The notes under the pieces were generated by a model. That model saw nothing but the letters and a program-made list of their open reading frames with translations, did not search any database and had not been told where the DNA came from. A program made the translations under genes and the position numbers. Source: Armatimonadota bacterium (lineage in GTDB: Bacteria; Armatimonadota; UBA5829; DTLH01). Taken from it: DNA of 64,000 nucleotides. The stretch spans positions 7,861 to 71,860 of the forward strand of contig JBDKSP010000011.1 of NCBI GenBank assembly GCA_039680575.1. The letters are read 5' to 3'. This document shows, in pieces, positions 39,395-51,404 of the stretch (position 1 is the stretch's first letter; each line of letters begins with the position of its first letter).

Positions 39395-39424
39395 TTTACT
39401 TTAAGTCCGCTCGTCTGCTATAAT
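39395..39424 (+). promoter_or_regulatory. Putative eno promoter
   Basis: -35 TTTACT (39395-39400), an 18-bp spacer, then the extended -10 TGcTATAAT (39416-39424). A GGAGAA RBS lies upstream of the ATG at 39511. Confidence 0.45.
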
Positions 39425-39492
39425 CGGGTATCTTTTTGGGCAGGATAAAGTTTAGTGTATCCATTATTGTGGGATGCACTTTTTATTAATGA

Positions 39493-40806
<1,314 letters not shown>

Positions 40807-40837
40807 TAAGCTCGATATAAGCTGATATTAATATACT

Positions 40838-40884
40838 GGAGCCACAATGGAGTGAAAAGAGCCATGTGGCTCCCTTTGTGTCTT
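40838..40884 (+). terminator. Rho-independent terminator downstream of eno
   Basis: 9-bp stem ggagccaca / tgtggctcc with a T-rich tail ctttgtgtctt. Confidence 0.45.
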
Positions 40885-40900
40885 AGGAAGACTAAAATCA

Positions 40901-42316
40901 ATGAGAAAAACAAAGATCGTTTGCACAATCGGACCTGCGTGCTCATCTGAAGAGTGCGTAAAGAACCTGATCAAGGCTGGTATGAACGTCGCACGGCTAA
41001 ACTTCTCGCATGGGACGCAGGAGGAACATGCCGAACGGATAGAGATGATACGTTCTCTTTCAGCATCGCTCGGCCAGCCAGTGGGGATATTGCAGGATTT
41101 GTCAGGTCCGAAGATCAGGCTGGGAATGATTGCCGCAAAATGCGTTAATCTTGTAGAAGGCCGGAAATTCGTATTTACGACCCGGGAGGTTGCAGGCAGC
41201 GAAAAAGAAGTCACGCTTCCTTACCCGGAGTTTGTTGAGCAGGTAAAAAAGGGCAGCACGATCTTTGTTGATGACGCGCGGCTACAGTTCAGGGTTATCT
41301 CGAAAACTGATACAGACATAGTCACGAAAGTGGTGATAGGCGGAGAGCTGAGTTCCAGAAAAGGCGTAAGCGTTCCGGGTACCAGACTCTGCGCGGCTCC
41401 GCTCACCGAAAAGGACATATCCGATCTCGAGTTCGGACTGAAGCATGGCGTGGACTGGGTGGCTGTATCTTTCGTTCGGACCCCGAATGACAGAGCCGCA
41501 GCGGATGAAGTGATGAAACGGGTTGGGATCAAAAGGCCGCTTATAGCGAAGATAGAGCGTCCTGAAGCAGTAGCTGCTATTGATGAGATTATCGATGCAT
41601 TTGATGGGATAATGGTCGCGCGAGGCGATCTGGGCATAGAGCTTGCTATTTATGATGTCCCGATCATTCAGAAATCGATTATCAAGAAGTGCAATGCAGC
41701 AGGAAAACCTGTAATTACCGCAACGCAGATGCTGGACTCCATGATATCCAACCCCAGGCCAACGAGGGCTGAAGCATCGGATGTCGCCAATGCAATCCTC
41801 GACGGTACAGACGCGACAATGCTCTCAGGGGAGACAGCGGCTGGTGATTATCCTGTAGAATCGGTCAGAATGATGGCAAGAATCGCAAGGCGCGCAGAGC
41901 GGTCGATCTCCTATACCGAAGAACTGAGGGAAAGGACTGCTATGCCGGCCAGGAGTGTGACTGAGGCGATAGGTCAGGCAAGCGCCGAACTTGCTGCAGA
42001 CCTCAAGGTAGCTGCGGTAGTTACCTGTACTGCTACAGGGACAACCGCGCGGCTTGTATCCAAATACAGGCCTTCTTCTCTGATCGTGGCCGCTGTATCG
42101 AGGCCTGAAGCCGTTGGACAGTTGACGCTTTCGTGGGGTGTTTTGCCGCTGCCTGTTCCCGCATCGAATAGCACAGACGATCTCATCTATGTAGCGGTGA
42201 GGTCTGCGAGAAAAGCCGGATATGTCCGCCCTGGGGATACGGTAGTCGTGACCGCAGGAGTACCTGTAGGGGTTCCCGGCAATACGAGCTTAATACGTGT
42301 GATAAGTGTGGAGTAA
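40901..42316 (+). CDS. pyk: Pyruvate kinase
   Basis: MRKTKIVCTIGPACSS..ARLNFSHG and MVARGDLGIE motifs. Length 471 aa. Confidence 0.95.
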   Translation: MRKTKIVCTIGPACSSEECVKNLIKAGMNVARLNFSHGTQEEHAERIEMIRSLSASLGQPVGILQDLSGPKIRLGMIAAKCVNLVEGRKFVFTTREVAGSEKEVTLPYPEFVEQVKKGSTIFVDDARLQFRVISKTDTDIVTKVVIGGELSSRKGVSVPGTRLCAAPLTEKDISDLEFGLKHGVDWVAVSFVRTPNDRAAADEVMKRVGIKRPLIAKIERPEAVAAIDEIIDAFDGIMVARGDLGIELAIYDVPIIQKSIIKKCNAAGKPVITATQMLDSMISNPRPTRAEASDVANAILDGTDATMLSGETAAGDYPVESVRMMARIARRAERSISYTEELRERTAMPARSVTEAIGQASAELAADLKVAAVVTCTATGTTARLVSKYRPSSLIVAAVSRPEAVGQLTLSWGVLPLPVPASNSTDDLIYVAVRSARKAGYVRPGDTVVVTAGVPVGVPGNTSLIRVISVE

Positions 42317-42448
42317 TACGCCTGTTTGCTTCCAATGGCTTAGTGAGTTGTGTTATAAAGAAGCTGTGCGTAATGAGTTTTATGTGAAAACTGAAACTTT
42401 CCCGGAAGATTATCGGCAACAACCGGCAAATGATCAGTTGCCGGCAGC

Positions 42449-42501
42449 GCCGAGGGGTCTAGTAGGAGGAAGCTAGCCGAGGGGTCTATTAGGAGGAAGC
42501 T
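42449..42501 (+). repeat. Tandem duplication (27 + 26 bp) of the RBS-containing 5' leader immediately upstream of ATG 42502
   Basis: gccgaggggtctagtaggaggaagcta is followed by gccgaggggtctattaggaggaagct. Each copy carries an AGGAGG Shine-Dalgarno sequence. Confidence 0.8.
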
Positions 42502-43398
42502 ATGAGACGTGTTTCCAGCCATATATCATATTTGATCGTTATAACGGCTATGCTGGCGGTTTTTCTGACTATGCTGTCGATATCTGCATCTGCTCAGCAA
42601 TCATCAAGCCGGATTTTTGTCCTGGGTTCTGTTAACAAACCGGGTGAATATCCTTTTAGCGCCGGAATGACGGTAAAAGACGCAATAGAGCTTGCAGGCG
42701 GACTCCTGAACAACTACGAAAAAACATCCGCAGTGCTTGTGAGTGAAAAGAACGATAGGACTGCCATCAATTTGCAGGCAGTCTTGTCTGGTACAGAGAT
42801 CGTTACGCTTTCGGCGGGTGATACGGTCATAGTCAGGCCTGCCAGCATACGCGTCGAAGGCCGCGTGAAGGTTCCGGGTGAGTTCAACCTGAAACGTGGG
42901 ATGACGGCATCTGATGCGCTGACGCTTGCGGGCGGAGTCGATGAGAACGGGGCACGTGAAGCGACCTATGTCACAAGAAACAGCAAAAAGATCAGCGCCA
43001 ACCTCGATAAGCTGTCGTCAGCACTTCCTCTGGAACCGGATGATGTTGTGACTGTCCCGGAATATCAGGCATCGGTAACAGGCGAGATAAATCAGCCTGG
43101 TACATATAGCCTCGTACCAGGGAAAACTGCTAACCTCGATGCGCTGATACAGGCAGCGGGCGGAATTACCGCTAAGGCTGACCTGAAAAAAGTCCGAATA
43201 TCGCCGCTTGAAGGGATCGACCGGCCTACCCGCATCGTCGATGTGTCCAACGTGAGTGTGAGGCAGGCGACAAAAGTCGAATGTGGAGATGTTGCATTCA
43301 TCCCGCAAGCACAGATACATCAAAAGCGAAAGATGTCGCTGGGTAATGCTACGCAGATCACATTGATGATTTATACGCTGCTTCAGATATTTAAATAA
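42502..43398 (+). CDS. Secreted protein with three SLBB (soluble ligand-binding beta-grasp) domains; polysaccharide-export (Wza periplasmic)-like
   Basis: Signal peptide, then three repeats of about 90 aa. Each contains a V.G.V..PG.Y.......dAi..AGG motif of the kind found in Wza/GfcE periplasmic domains. Confidence 0.6.
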   Translation: MRRVSSHISYLIVITAMLAVFLTMLSISASAQQSSSRIFVLGSVNKPGEYPFSAGMTVKDAIELAGGLLNNYEKTSAVLVSEKNDRTAINLQAVLSGTEIVTLSAGDTVIVRPASIRVEGRVKVPGEFNLKRGMTASDALTLAGGVDENGAREATYVTRNSKKISANLDKLSSALPLEPDDVVTVPEYQASVTGEINQPGTYSLVPGKTANLDALIQAAGGITAKADLKKVRISPLEGIDRPTRIVDVSNVSVRQATKVECGDVAFIPQAQIHQKRKMSLGNATQITLMIYTLLQIFK

Positions 43399-43863
43399 TC
43401 ACAGTCCCCCGCCAGTATCCTGAGGTTCTGCATAGGTGTCTGATGAGTTCGGACGGACCGGGTCGGATACGACATGCGGTTTGCGGTTGTTATTGTTTGG
43501 CACGGGGCGGTTGTAACCCGAATTCCGAGGGTTTTGGTTTTGAGGCGGCACTGGTTGCAGCTGTACAGGCGCTGTCTGTTGCCGTGATGTTGGGGCAGCC
43601 TGGTTGGCCTGCTGTGGCGATTCTCTCATAAAGAGCATCCAGTAAGCTATAGCGAATATGATTAAAGTCGCCACGGAGATTATGGCGATCATCATCTTTT
43701 GGTCTTTTTCCTGGGTTTTTTGCTTCTGGTCGCGTGCCTTGTCGTCAGCCTTCCGCCGCTTGGCGTGTTCGGTTGCTTCCATTACGTCCTTCAGCAGGTC
43801 TTTGTTGATTAGGCTATCGCCATCGTCTAGCTGATTCAGGTCCAGACGCTTGTCATTTGCCAT
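43399..43863 (-). CDS. Hypothetical bitopic membrane protein with a Pro/Gln/Asn-rich tail
   Basis: 154 aa with a charged N-terminus, a single TM helix (MMIAIISVATLIIFAIAYWMLF) and a low-complexity C-terminus. Confidence 0.4.
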   Translation of the reverse strand: MANDKRLDLNQLDDGDSLINKDLLKDVMEATEHAKRRKADDKARDQKQKTQEKDQKMMIAIISVATLIIFAIAYWMLFMRESPQQANQAAPTSRQQTAPVQLQPVPPQNQNPRNSGYNRPVPNNNNRKPHVVSDPVRPNSSDTYAEPQDTGGGL

Positions 43864-44029
43864 TTATTTTCGCCTCACATAAAGCTTTGTATTTATATTA
43901 CCCATGCTACCATTGCATGACATAAGGTTCAACCCCTAATTTGGATTATATGGCGTGGGTAACGGTTGCTGGATATGCGCAGGAGTGATATAATTTCTCG
44001 ATTCCGAAGTATGAACGGAGAACCGAAAT

Positions 44030-44320
44030 TTGAAGCTGACAAGGGAAGAAGTAACCCAGATAGCGTTCCTTGCGAGGCTCGAACTGAGCGATCAGGAAGC
44101 GGATAACCTAGGCGGTCATTTGAACAGGCTCCTCGAAAACTTTGAAAAGTTGAAAGAGATCGATACGGAAGATGTGGAGCCGACTTCTCATACAATCCCG
44201 GTGCATAATGTGCTCCGAAAGGATGTTTCCCGTCCTTCGCTTCCCCCGGAAGAGGTTTTGGCCAACGCCCCGGAACGCGCTGATGATACATTTGAAGTTC
44301 CAAGGATAGTGGAGACGTAG
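44030..44320 (+). CDS. gatC: Glutamyl/aspartyl-tRNA amidotransferase subunit C
   Basis: 96 aa. LTREEVTQIAFLARLELSDQE is typical of GatC. It lies directly upstream of gatA. Confidence 0.9.
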   Translation: MKLTREEVTQIAFLARLELSDQEADNLGGHLNRLLENFEKLKEIDTEDVEPTSHTIPVHNVLRKDVSRPSLPPEEVLANAPERADDTFEVPRIVET

Positions 44321-44323
44321 GAT

Positions 44324-45790
44324 ATGGTAGACGGACTGTATAAACTGACGGCTCATGAGCTTCACGACCTCATCCGTACCAGGCAGGTGACCGCAAAAGA
44401 AGTCACAGAGTCTGTCTTGGCGCGGGTAGGGGACGTGGATGACCGCGTAAAGTCCTACGTCACCGTAACCGGCGAGCTTGCGCTTGCCCAGGCGGATGCC
44501 GTGGACGCCAGAGTCGCGGCCGGAGAAAAAATATCTCCGCTTGCGGGCATTCCATTTGCACTGAAAGACAATATGAGCACCCGTGGTATCCTTACCACCT
44601 GCTCATCGAAGATTTTATATAACTATAAGCCGGTCTACGACGCTACTGTCGTGGAGCGTATAGCAGGCGCGGGCGGTATAACAGTCGGTAAGACGAACCT
44701 GGATGAGTTCGCTATGGGGTCATCCACAGAAAACTCCGCGTTATTTACATCGAAGAACCCGTGGGACCTAGATACGGTCCCTGGTGGGTCGAGCGGCGGG
44801 TCATCTGCAGCGGTCGCGGCGGATGAAGCCGTTATAGCGTTCGGTTCCGACACCGGCGGCTCAATCAGGCAGCCTGCGTCGTTCTGCGGCGTGGTCGGGA
44901 TGAAGCCGACATATGGCCGGGTGTCTCGCTACGGGCTTATCGCCTTTGCGTCGTCGCTCGATCAGATAGGTCCCATCACCAAAGATGTCACGGACTGCGC
45001 TCTTGCTATGAATGTGATATGCGGGCACGATTCCTGTGACTCGACATCGCTCGATGTGCCTGTCCCGGACTTCACCAAGTCGCTTGTGCCGGATGTGAAG
45101 GGCGTCAAGATCGGTATTCCTGAGGAGTTCTTTGCTCAGGGAGTGACGCCAGAGGTTTCGGATGCCGTTATGAAGGCTGTCGAGGTCCTTAAGGGGCTTG
45201 GAGCCGAGTACAAAGAAACCTCGATGCCGATGGTCGAGTACGGCCTGCCGACATACTATATAATCGCTCCGGCTGAGGCCAGTTCCAACCTTGCGAGGTA
45301 TGATGGCGTCCGCTTTGGTCTTAGAAGCGATGACAGCCCGGACCCGATCACGATGTTCAGAAAGACCCGCGAGGCCGGTTTCGGACCTGAAGTCAAACAG
45401 CGGATTATGATCGGCACGTATGCCCTTTCTGCGGGCTATTATGATGCCTATTACCTCAAAGCTCAGAAGGTGCGGACGCTGATCCGCCAGAGCTTCGAGA
45501 GACTGTTCGAGGAGTTCGATGTATTGATAGCGCCGACCTCACCGACCGTAGCATTCGGCATCGGAGAGCGTGCCGCGGACCCGTTCAGCATGAAACTTGC
45601 GGATATTCTGACGATTCCGGCTAACATGGCGGGAATCCCAGCTATTTCAGTCCCGTGCGGGTTCCATAACGGCCTGCCTATTGGCCTGCAGATCATCGGA
45701 AAATCACTCGATGAAGAAACGATCATTCGCGTAGCCTATGCATTCGAGCAAGCAACCGACTATCATCGGCAGAAGCCGAATTTGATGTAA
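44324..45790 (+). CDS. gatA: Glutamyl/aspartyl-tRNA amidotransferase subunit A
   Basis: Amidase signature [13 protein letters not shown]. Length 488 aa. Confidence 0.95.
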   Translation: MVDGLYKLTAHELHDLIRTRQVTAKEVTESVLARVGDVDDRVKSYVTVTGELALAQADAVDARVAAGEKISPLAGIPFALKDNMSTRGILTTCSSKILYNYKPVYDATVVERIAGAGGITVGKTNLDEFAMGSSTENSALFTSKNPWDLDTVPGGSSGGSSAAVAADEAVIAFGSDTGGSIRQPASFCGVVGMKPTYGRVSRYGLIAFASSLDQIGPITKDVTDCALAMNVICGHDSCDSTSLDVPVPDFTKSLVPDVKGVKIGIPEEFFAQGVTPEVSDAVMKAVEVLKGLGAEYKETSMPMVEYGLPTYYIIAPAEASSNLARYDGVRFGLRSDDSPDPITMFRKTREAGFGPEVKQRIMIGTYALSAGYYDAYYLKAQKVRTLIRQSFERLFEEFDVLIAPTSPTVAFGIGERAADPFSMKLADILTIPANMAGIPAISVPCGFHNGLPIGLQIIGKSLDEETIIRVAYAFEQATDYHRQKPNLM

Positions 45791-46111
45791 GATGTAAGGA
45801 TGTAAGATGAATGGTGCAAATCTGCACCATTCTCATCCCTAAATCCTGAATTGATGGTGCGCGGTTTGCAACCGTGCATTTGAAAGAATCCCGCCATTTG
45901 TAATGGCTTTTTCTGGATTATAAATCCAGATGTTCTTTTTCGGACGCGATTGCAAATCGCATCCGATCAAAGGCGATTTAATATGCTTCGGGACCGCTTT
46001 TCGTCCCGAAGCGCGAGTCTCCACTAATCCGATAAGTTGGCTTCGGTGCAAAATACGCGCGCTGAAGCATCACTGAATCCTGAATCTTATCCTAAGTTGA
46101 GTAGATAACAA

Positions 46112-47563
46112 ATGATTGAGTACGAGCCTGTAATCGGTATGGAAGTCCATGCGGAACTCTTGACGGAGAGCAAGATGTTCTGCGGGTGCAAGGTAGCATT
46201 CGGCGGAGAGCCGAACACAAGGTGCTGCCCGGTCTGCATCGGCCTGCCGGGGTCGCTTCCGGTAATGAACGAGCGTGCGGTGCATTTTGTCGCCCGAACA
46301 GCGCTTGCGCTGAACTGCAAGATATCCGAGCACAGTATATTCCACCGGAAGAACTACTTCTACCCGGACCTCCCGAAGGGTTATCAGATTTCGCAATATG
46401 GGGAAACTCCTATCGGTATTGGTGGGTATGTCGAGATCAACGTGAACGGCAAGACCAAGCGGATCGGTATCAAGCGGGTGCACCTCGAAGAAGATACCGG
46501 TAAGCTCTTTCATGTAGAAGGCGATAAGAGCCAGATAGACTACAACAGAAGCGGCGTTCCGCTGATGGAGATCGTTACCGAGCACGACCCCGCCAAGGGG
46601 TTCGACCAGATCAACTCCGCCGAAGAAGCGCGTGAGTATCTAGTCAGGTTACGCTCGATTATAATTTATCTCGGAGTCTCGGACGGCAAAATGGAGGAGG
46701 GAAGTATGCGGTGCGAGCCGAATATCTCCATAAGGCCGAAAGGGAGCAGTGAGTTCGGGACAAGAACAGAGATCAAGAACCTGAACAGCTTCAAAGCCGT
46801 CTATGGCGGCGTGCAGTATGAAGTCGAGCGGCAGGCGAAGATCCTTAATCGCGGCGGGACAGTTGTCCACGAGACCCGAAGGTGGGATGATTCCCGTGGA
46901 GTGACAGCTGTGATGCGCAGCAAGGAGATGGAACAGGAGTATCGTTATTTCCCGGAACCGGACCTTGTGCCGCTCCAGTTCGATCCTGCATGGATAGAGG
47001 AGCAGAGAAAGCTTCTGCCGGAGCTTCCGCAAGAGAAAAAACGCCGGTTTGTCGAGCAGTTCGGGATACCCGATGCCGATGCCGAGGTACTGACGGACTC
47101 GAAAGCCCTGGCTGCGTTCTATGAGACGGCTGTTCAGGACTACCATGACCCGAAAGTTGTCGCAAACTGGGTTATGGGTGATTTCCTGAGGATGCTTAAC
47201 GCAGCCGGTTTGGATGCCGACCAGTCGAAGATCGCTCCAGAGCATATTGTAGAGATGCTGAAACTCATAGACAACGGGACGATCAGCGGAAAGATAGCGA
47301 AAACCGTCTTTGCTGATATGTTCGAGACAGGAAAACGTCCTGAAGAGATCGTCAAAGAAAAGGGACTTGTCCAGATAACCGATGAGAGCGCTATCGAAAC
47401 TGCAGTAGACCAGGTGTTGAAAGATAACCCTGCCGAAGTCGAAAAATACCGTGCCGGAAAGCAGGAGTTGATGGGGTTCTTCGTCGGCCAGGTGATGCGT
47501 TCTACCAGAGGGAAGGCGAACCCGGGCACAGTCAATAAATTGCTTAAAGAAAAACTCGCATAA
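46112..47563 (+). CDS. gatB: Glutamyl/aspartyl-tRNA amidotransferase subunit B
   Basis: [24 protein letters not shown] start and a C-terminal GatB/YqeY domain. Length 483 aa. Confidence 0.95.
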   Translation: MIEYEPVIGMEVHAELLTESKMFCGCKVAFGGEPNTRCCPVCIGLPGSLPVMNERAVHFVARTALALNCKISEHSIFHRKNYFYPDLPKGYQISQYGETPIGIGGYVEINVNGKTKRIGIKRVHLEEDTGKLFHVEGDKSQIDYNRSGVPLMEIVTEHDPAKGFDQINSAEEAREYLVRLRSIIIYLGVSDGKMEEGSMRCEPNISIRPKGSSEFGTRTEIKNLNSFKAVYGGVQYEVERQAKILNRGGTVVHETRRWDDSRGVTAVMRSKEMEQEYRYFPEPDLVPLQFDPAWIEEQRKLLPELPQEKKRRFVEQFGIPDADAEVLTDSKALAAFYETAVQDYHDPKVVANWVMGDFLRMLNAAGLDADQSKIAPEHIVEMLKLIDNGTISGKIAKTVFADMFETGKRPEEIVKEKGLVQITDESAIETAVDQVLKDNPAEVEKYRAGKQELMGFFVGQVMRSTRGKANPGTVNKLLKEKLA

Positions 47564-47642
47564 TATTCTGGACATAGCACGGAACGGATTGTGTTCAGCT
47601 GCAAAATACAGGGAAGATTTGCTTTATTGGATGAGGTGTTGA

Positions 47643-48479
47643 ATGGAATCGATAGGTGAAGCACTTAAAGCTCGACGGGCCGAAAAAGGGTTCAGCCTTA
47701 AGGATGTTTTTGAAGCGACCAAGATAACCATGCAGAACCTTGCTGCTCTTGAGGAAAATCGCTTCGATGCGTTCGCCAACAAGGTCTACGCAAGGGCTTT
47801 TTTAAGGGATTATGCTAATTTTCTGGGGTTGGACAGCACTGAGATGCTGCAGAACTATGAATCGGAATGGGTGACATCTACTCCTGTGCCGGTGGTTCAG
47901 AAGAAACGTTCGCCTGTCGCGGCGGTTATAATCGTCGTATTACTGCTTGCGGGGCTTGGTGCCGGAGCTTATTACTATTATCCAAAATATGTAAATTCGA
48001 TGGATAAGAAACCTGCCGCCACGCCGGTTACGCAGAAACCTGAACCTAAACCAGATGTGAAGCCAACACCTGTAACTGCTCCGAATGGCACAGCCGCTAA
48101 ACCTAAACCTGGAAACAACCAGGTCAACCCGGCTGTTCCTGTTGCAAACGGTGCAATTCCAACCAGCCAGCCAGGGAAACCTGCAGCTAATGGCACTGAT
48201 AAACCTGCCCAGCCTGCCAAGAAACCGGCTCCCGCTGTGCTACCGGGCCAGGTAAGAGTAGAGTTGACGGCGCGCCAGGATGTATGGGTTCACATCAAGA
48301 CTGATGGTGAGACGGCGATTATCAAGACATTGAAAGCCGGAGAGAAGGCAGCTGTCGCAGGCAAGGTCGTCTCCGTAAGAGCCGGAAGCTCGGGCGCGCT
48401 CGATGTAACCGTGAATGGAAAGAAACTTGGCAAGTTCGGTCCTGCTGGCCAACCGACGACCAGAACGTTCAAGCCTTAG
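47643..48479 (+). CDS. RodZ-like HTH (XRE) domain membrane protein
   Basis: N-terminal HTH_XRE, a single TM helix (AAVIIVVLLLAGLGAGAYYY), a Pro/Ala/Lys-rich linker and a C-terminal beta-rich domain. This matches the RodZ layout. Confidence 0.65.
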   Translation: MESIGEALKARRAEKGFSLKDVFEATKITMQNLAALEENRFDAFANKVYARAFLRDYANFLGLDSTEMLQNYESEWVTSTPVPVVQKKRSPVAAVIIVVLLLAGLGAGAYYYYPKYVNSMDKKPAATPVTQKPEPKPDVKPTPVTAPNGTAAKPKPGNNQVNPAVPVANGAIPTSQPGKPAANGTDKPAQPAKKPAPAVLPGQVRVELTARQDVWVHIKTDGETAIIKTLKAGEKAAVAGKVVSVRAGSSGALDVTVNGKKLGKFGPAGQPTTRTFKP

Positions 48480-48505
48480 TTTAGAGAAATAGAAATAGGA
48501 TTAAG

Positions 48506-48547
48506 GGGAATGGTGGAGATTTCCGCCATTCCCTTTTCGCGTTTTTC
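48506..48547 (+). terminator. Rho-independent terminator after the rodZ-like gene
   Basis: Stem gggaatgg / ccattccc followed by ttttcgcgttttt. Confidence 0.5.
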
Positions 48548-48720
48548 GTGCTTCCTCGCGCATTTCGCGATTCAAAACTGACTGCTGTCCTCCGATGTTT
48601 AGCACTCATACCCCACGGGAAGATAAAAAGAGGGCGAATGGCTTCGCGATACTTTGGTACGTGATGTTCAAGACGCTTGAAACGTCGTAAGCTCCTACCG
48701 ATCTGAGGAGGGAAGTTGAA

Positions 48721-49329
48721 ATGGAAGATGAGATCCATGTTCAGCGAGAGGAAGAAGCCGGTCGAAGAGGTGGCGCCGCATCAGCGTATGCAGGCGCATA
48801 TGCCCAGCCGGTTGAGCGTGGAATTCTATTAAAAGATAGAGTTAGGTGGGCTTCGGTCTGGGGCGGTTATCTTGTAGCGTTCGCGCTCCAGCTCTGGCTT
48901 ACTGTCCTTGGATTTGCCATTTTTGGTCAGGGGTTGGGTGCAGCAACAACTTCAGTGACGACAGGCCTGGTAATTTGGGCTGGAGTCGCAGCCCTGATTG
49001 CGCTTTTCGTAGGAGGACTCCTAGCAGCAAGGTTAGGTGGAATCGCTGGAACCGATAATGGCATATACAACGGCGTAGTGCTGTGGGGTCTGTCATTTGT
49101 TATCTTGATGGTCCTTGCATCGCTCGGCGCAGGAGGAGTGCTCGGCGCAATGCTTGGACAGACTGGTGGAGGCGCTCCAACAACACCTGGAGCAACATCG
49201 ACAGCTCTTGGAACAGCTACGACAGGAGCGTGGTGGTTCTTCATTTTCCAGTTCCTGGCATTAGTAGCGGCAGCCGCAGGCGGTGCCCTTGGTGCTCGCC
49301 CGGCTCCAGAAGAGGAAGCAAGCCGGTAA
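48721..49329 (+). CDS. Hypothetical Gly/Ala-rich membrane protein
   Basis: 202 aa with about 4 TM helices. A + strand terminator lies immediately downstream at 49361. An alternative minus-strand ORF (48927-49508) was rejected. Confidence 0.4.
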   Translation: MEDEIHVQREEEAGRRGGAASAYAGAYAQPVERGILLKDRVRWASVWGGYLVAFALQLWLTVLGFAIFGQGLGAATTSVTTGLVIWAGVAALIALFVGGLLAARLGGIAGTDNGIYNGVVLWGLSFVILMVLASLGAGGVLGAMLGQTGGGAPTTPGATSTALGTATTGAWWFFIFQFLALVAAAAGGALGARPAPEEEASR

Positions 49330-49360
49330 CAAATAATTATCCTGAATTGAACTTGGTTTA

Positions 49361-49391
49361 GGGGCGGATCTACAGGGTCCGCCCCTTTTTC
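49361..49391 (+). terminator. Rho-independent terminator
   Basis: Stem ggggcgga / tccgcccc followed by a ttttt tract. Confidence 0.5.
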
Positions 49392-49531
49392 GATTCTACG
49401 GGTGAATAAGGAGTCAAACAAAAGGAAATAACCATCGGCACGGATAAGTGGTCTCAGGAACAAGAAGATAGCAAGTTGATCAGCAAGAGCGTTATCCATG
49501 GGGATCATGAATGACGCTGGTTAGGACGAAA

Positions 49532-50314
49532 ATGGCAATACTTATCAGTAATGACGATGGTATCCACTCAGAAGGGATACTTGCACTAAAAAATGCTCTT
49601 CAAGAGCTTGGCAGAGTAGTTGTAGTTGCCCCGGACAGGCCGAGAAGTGCCTCAGGACACTCGATAACGCTTCACAAACCGCTTCGGGTAGAGAAAGTGC
49701 GGATGCTCGACGGTGATTTCGGCTATGCCACGAACGGGACGCCGTCGGACTGTGTCTCACTCGGTGTGCTGGATGTCGTAGGCGAAAAAGTCGACCTCGT
49801 CGTCTCAGGTATCAACCGCGGACCGAACCTAGGCTGGGACCTTACATACTCCGGAACCGTATCCGCTGCTATGGAAGGCGTTGTCATGGGCGTGCAGTCT
49901 TTTGCTATCTCGGTGGCGTCTTACAAAGAGGATGCCGGATACGACTACGCCGCGAAGTTTGCTGTATTTATGGGTAAATTGCTTCTCGAAAACCCGCTTC
50001 CTGAAAGCGTGTTGCTCAGTGTAAACGTACCGGGCATTCTCCCGGATGAAATCAGAGGGATAGAAGTCACCCGGCAGGGTAAAAGGCACTACGCGGGACG
50101 GATCGAAAAACGGACTGACCCTATGGGGCGGGCTTACTACTGGCTCGGCGGCGATATGCCGCTTGATAACCTGGAAGAAGGCACCGATGTGAAAGCCATC
50201 GCGGATGATAAAGTCTCTGTTACGCCCATTCATCTTGATCTGACGGGGTATCCGGCGCTCGATATAGTGAAAGGGTGGGGCGTAGAGTCATTTAAATATC
50301 GAACAGGCAGTTGA
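49532..50314 (+). CDS. surE: 5'/3'-nucleotidase SurE
   Basis: [19 protein letters not shown] is the SurE hallmark. AGGA lies 9 bp upstream. The ORF could alternatively start at 49511. Confidence 0.88.
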   Translation: MAILISNDDGIHSEGILALKNALQELGRVVVVAPDRPRSASGHSITLHKPLRVEKVRMLDGDFGYATNGTPSDCVSLGVLDVVGEKVDLVVSGINRGPNLGWDLTYSGTVSAAMEGVVMGVQSFAISVASYKEDAGYDYAAKFAVFMGKLLLENPLPESVLLSVNVPGILPDEIRGIEVTRQGKRHYAGRIEKRTDPMGRAYYWLGGDMPLDNLEEGTDVKAIADDKVSVTPIHLDLTGYPALDIVKGWGVESFKYRTGS

Positions 50315-50357
50315 TGTTATAAATATATCCACAGTTAATAACGGAGGAATTGGCAGG

Positions 50358-51092
50358 TTGGATAAAACAATTCGAGTAACGGTATGGAACGAGTTCCGGC
50401 ACGAAAAGGACCTGAATGACAAGACTTCGAAAGTGTATCCTGACGGGATACATACGGTTATCGCAAAGAATCTCAGCTCTCAACCCGGGTTTGTTGTGCA
50501 GACGGCGACACTGGATGAGCCGGAGCACGGGCTGACTGAGGAAGTGCTTAAAAACACGGACGTTTTGATCTGGTGGGCTCATATGGCGCATCATGAGGTC
50601 TCTGATGAGATCGTGGAGCGGGTTCATCAGCGGATTATTACAGACGGTATGGGGCTGATCGTCCTGCACTCAGGGCATTTTTCAAAAATATTCAAAAAAC
50701 TGATGGGGACCGGATGCGACCTCAAGTGGCGCGAAGTAGGTGAAAAGGAACGGATTTGGGTCATCGACCGGGCACACCCGATAGCGGAAGGACTGCCGGA
50801 CTATTTCGAGCTCCCCCAAACGGAGATGTACGGCGAGCCGTTCGGTATTCCCAGCCCCGACGAACTGGTTTTCATCAGTTGGTTCCAGGGTGGAGAGGTC
50901 TTCAGAAGCGGCTGCTGCTGGCACAGAGGCATGGGCAAGGTTTTCTACTTCCGTCCGGGACATGAGACCTATCCGATCTTCTTCAATGAGACCGTGATGA
51001 AGGTCATCTCGAACGGTATCAAGTGGGCTGCCCCGACGTGCGGACCCGCGTTCATACAGGGCGAAAGAAAACCGCTTGAGAAGCTGGGCTGA
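50358..51092 (+). CDS. ThuA-like protein (class I glutamine amidotransferase-like fold; trehalose-utilisation family)
   Basis: 244 aa. The overall pattern (VTVWNEF..E, LIWWAH, LIVLHSG) is consistent with the ThuA family. The assignment was made from memory of the family, not from a search. Confidence 0.55.
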   Translation: MDKTIRVTVWNEFRHEKDLNDKTSKVYPDGIHTVIAKNLSSQPGFVVQTATLDEPEHGLTEEVLKNTDVLIWWAHMAHHEVSDEIVERVHQRIITDGMGLIVLHSGHFSKIFKKLMGTGCDLKWREVGEKERIWVIDRAHPIAEGLPDYFELPQTEMYGEPFGIPSPDELVFISWFQGGEVFRSGCCWHRGMGKVFYFRPGHETYPIFFNETVMKVISNGIKWAAPTCGPAFIQGERKPLEKLG

Positions 51093-51200
51093 GATTTAGA
51101 ACCGCGGAGACGCGGAATGAATGGAAGCGCGGATTTAGCGGATTTTGCGAATGGTGGAGATTTACGGCACCTAACCCTATGCTCCGGCATCGCAGTTCAT

Positions 51201-51271
51201 CTACCCCGTGGACCTACTGGACCACGGGGGTATTAACCGTGGACCTACCGGACCACGGGGTAGAAGCACGA
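51201..51271. repeat. REP-like imperfect palindromic element, duplicated unit
   Basis: ctaccccgtggacctactggaccacggggg / tatt / aaccgtggacctaccggaccacggggtag aagcacga. Each half forms a hairpin. A related single-unit copy is at 56798-56836. Confidence 0.75.
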
Positions 51272-51404
51272 GTCTCCCGGAAGGGCAAATGAGGCATCTC
51301 TGATGCCGGGTGATCGGTTGAGGTCGAATAACCGGGATCAGAGATCCCTATCCGGCCTATGCGGGCTGGATTGCAAATACGCCCGAGAAAAAGGAACAGG
51401 TTCA

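Noticed and set aside
46070-47575. Minus-strand ORFs of 171 and 308 aa overlapping gatB
   Set aside because: gatB on the plus strand is unambiguous. These are antisense read-throughs.
48548-48720. A roughly 170-bp untranslated region between the rodZ-like terminator and the next gene, as a possible tRNA or ncRNA
   Set aside because: No cloverleaf-compatible structure or conserved tRNA positions were found. It is most likely a 5' UTR or promoter region. This is not testable without expression data.
48927-49508. Minus-strand 193-aa Pro/Ala-rich ORF opposite the Gly-rich membrane protein gene
   Set aside because: The + strand ORF has predicted TM helices and a properly oriented downstream terminator. 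The minus ORF is low-complexity. Neither is certain, so the + strand call carries only 0.4 confidence.
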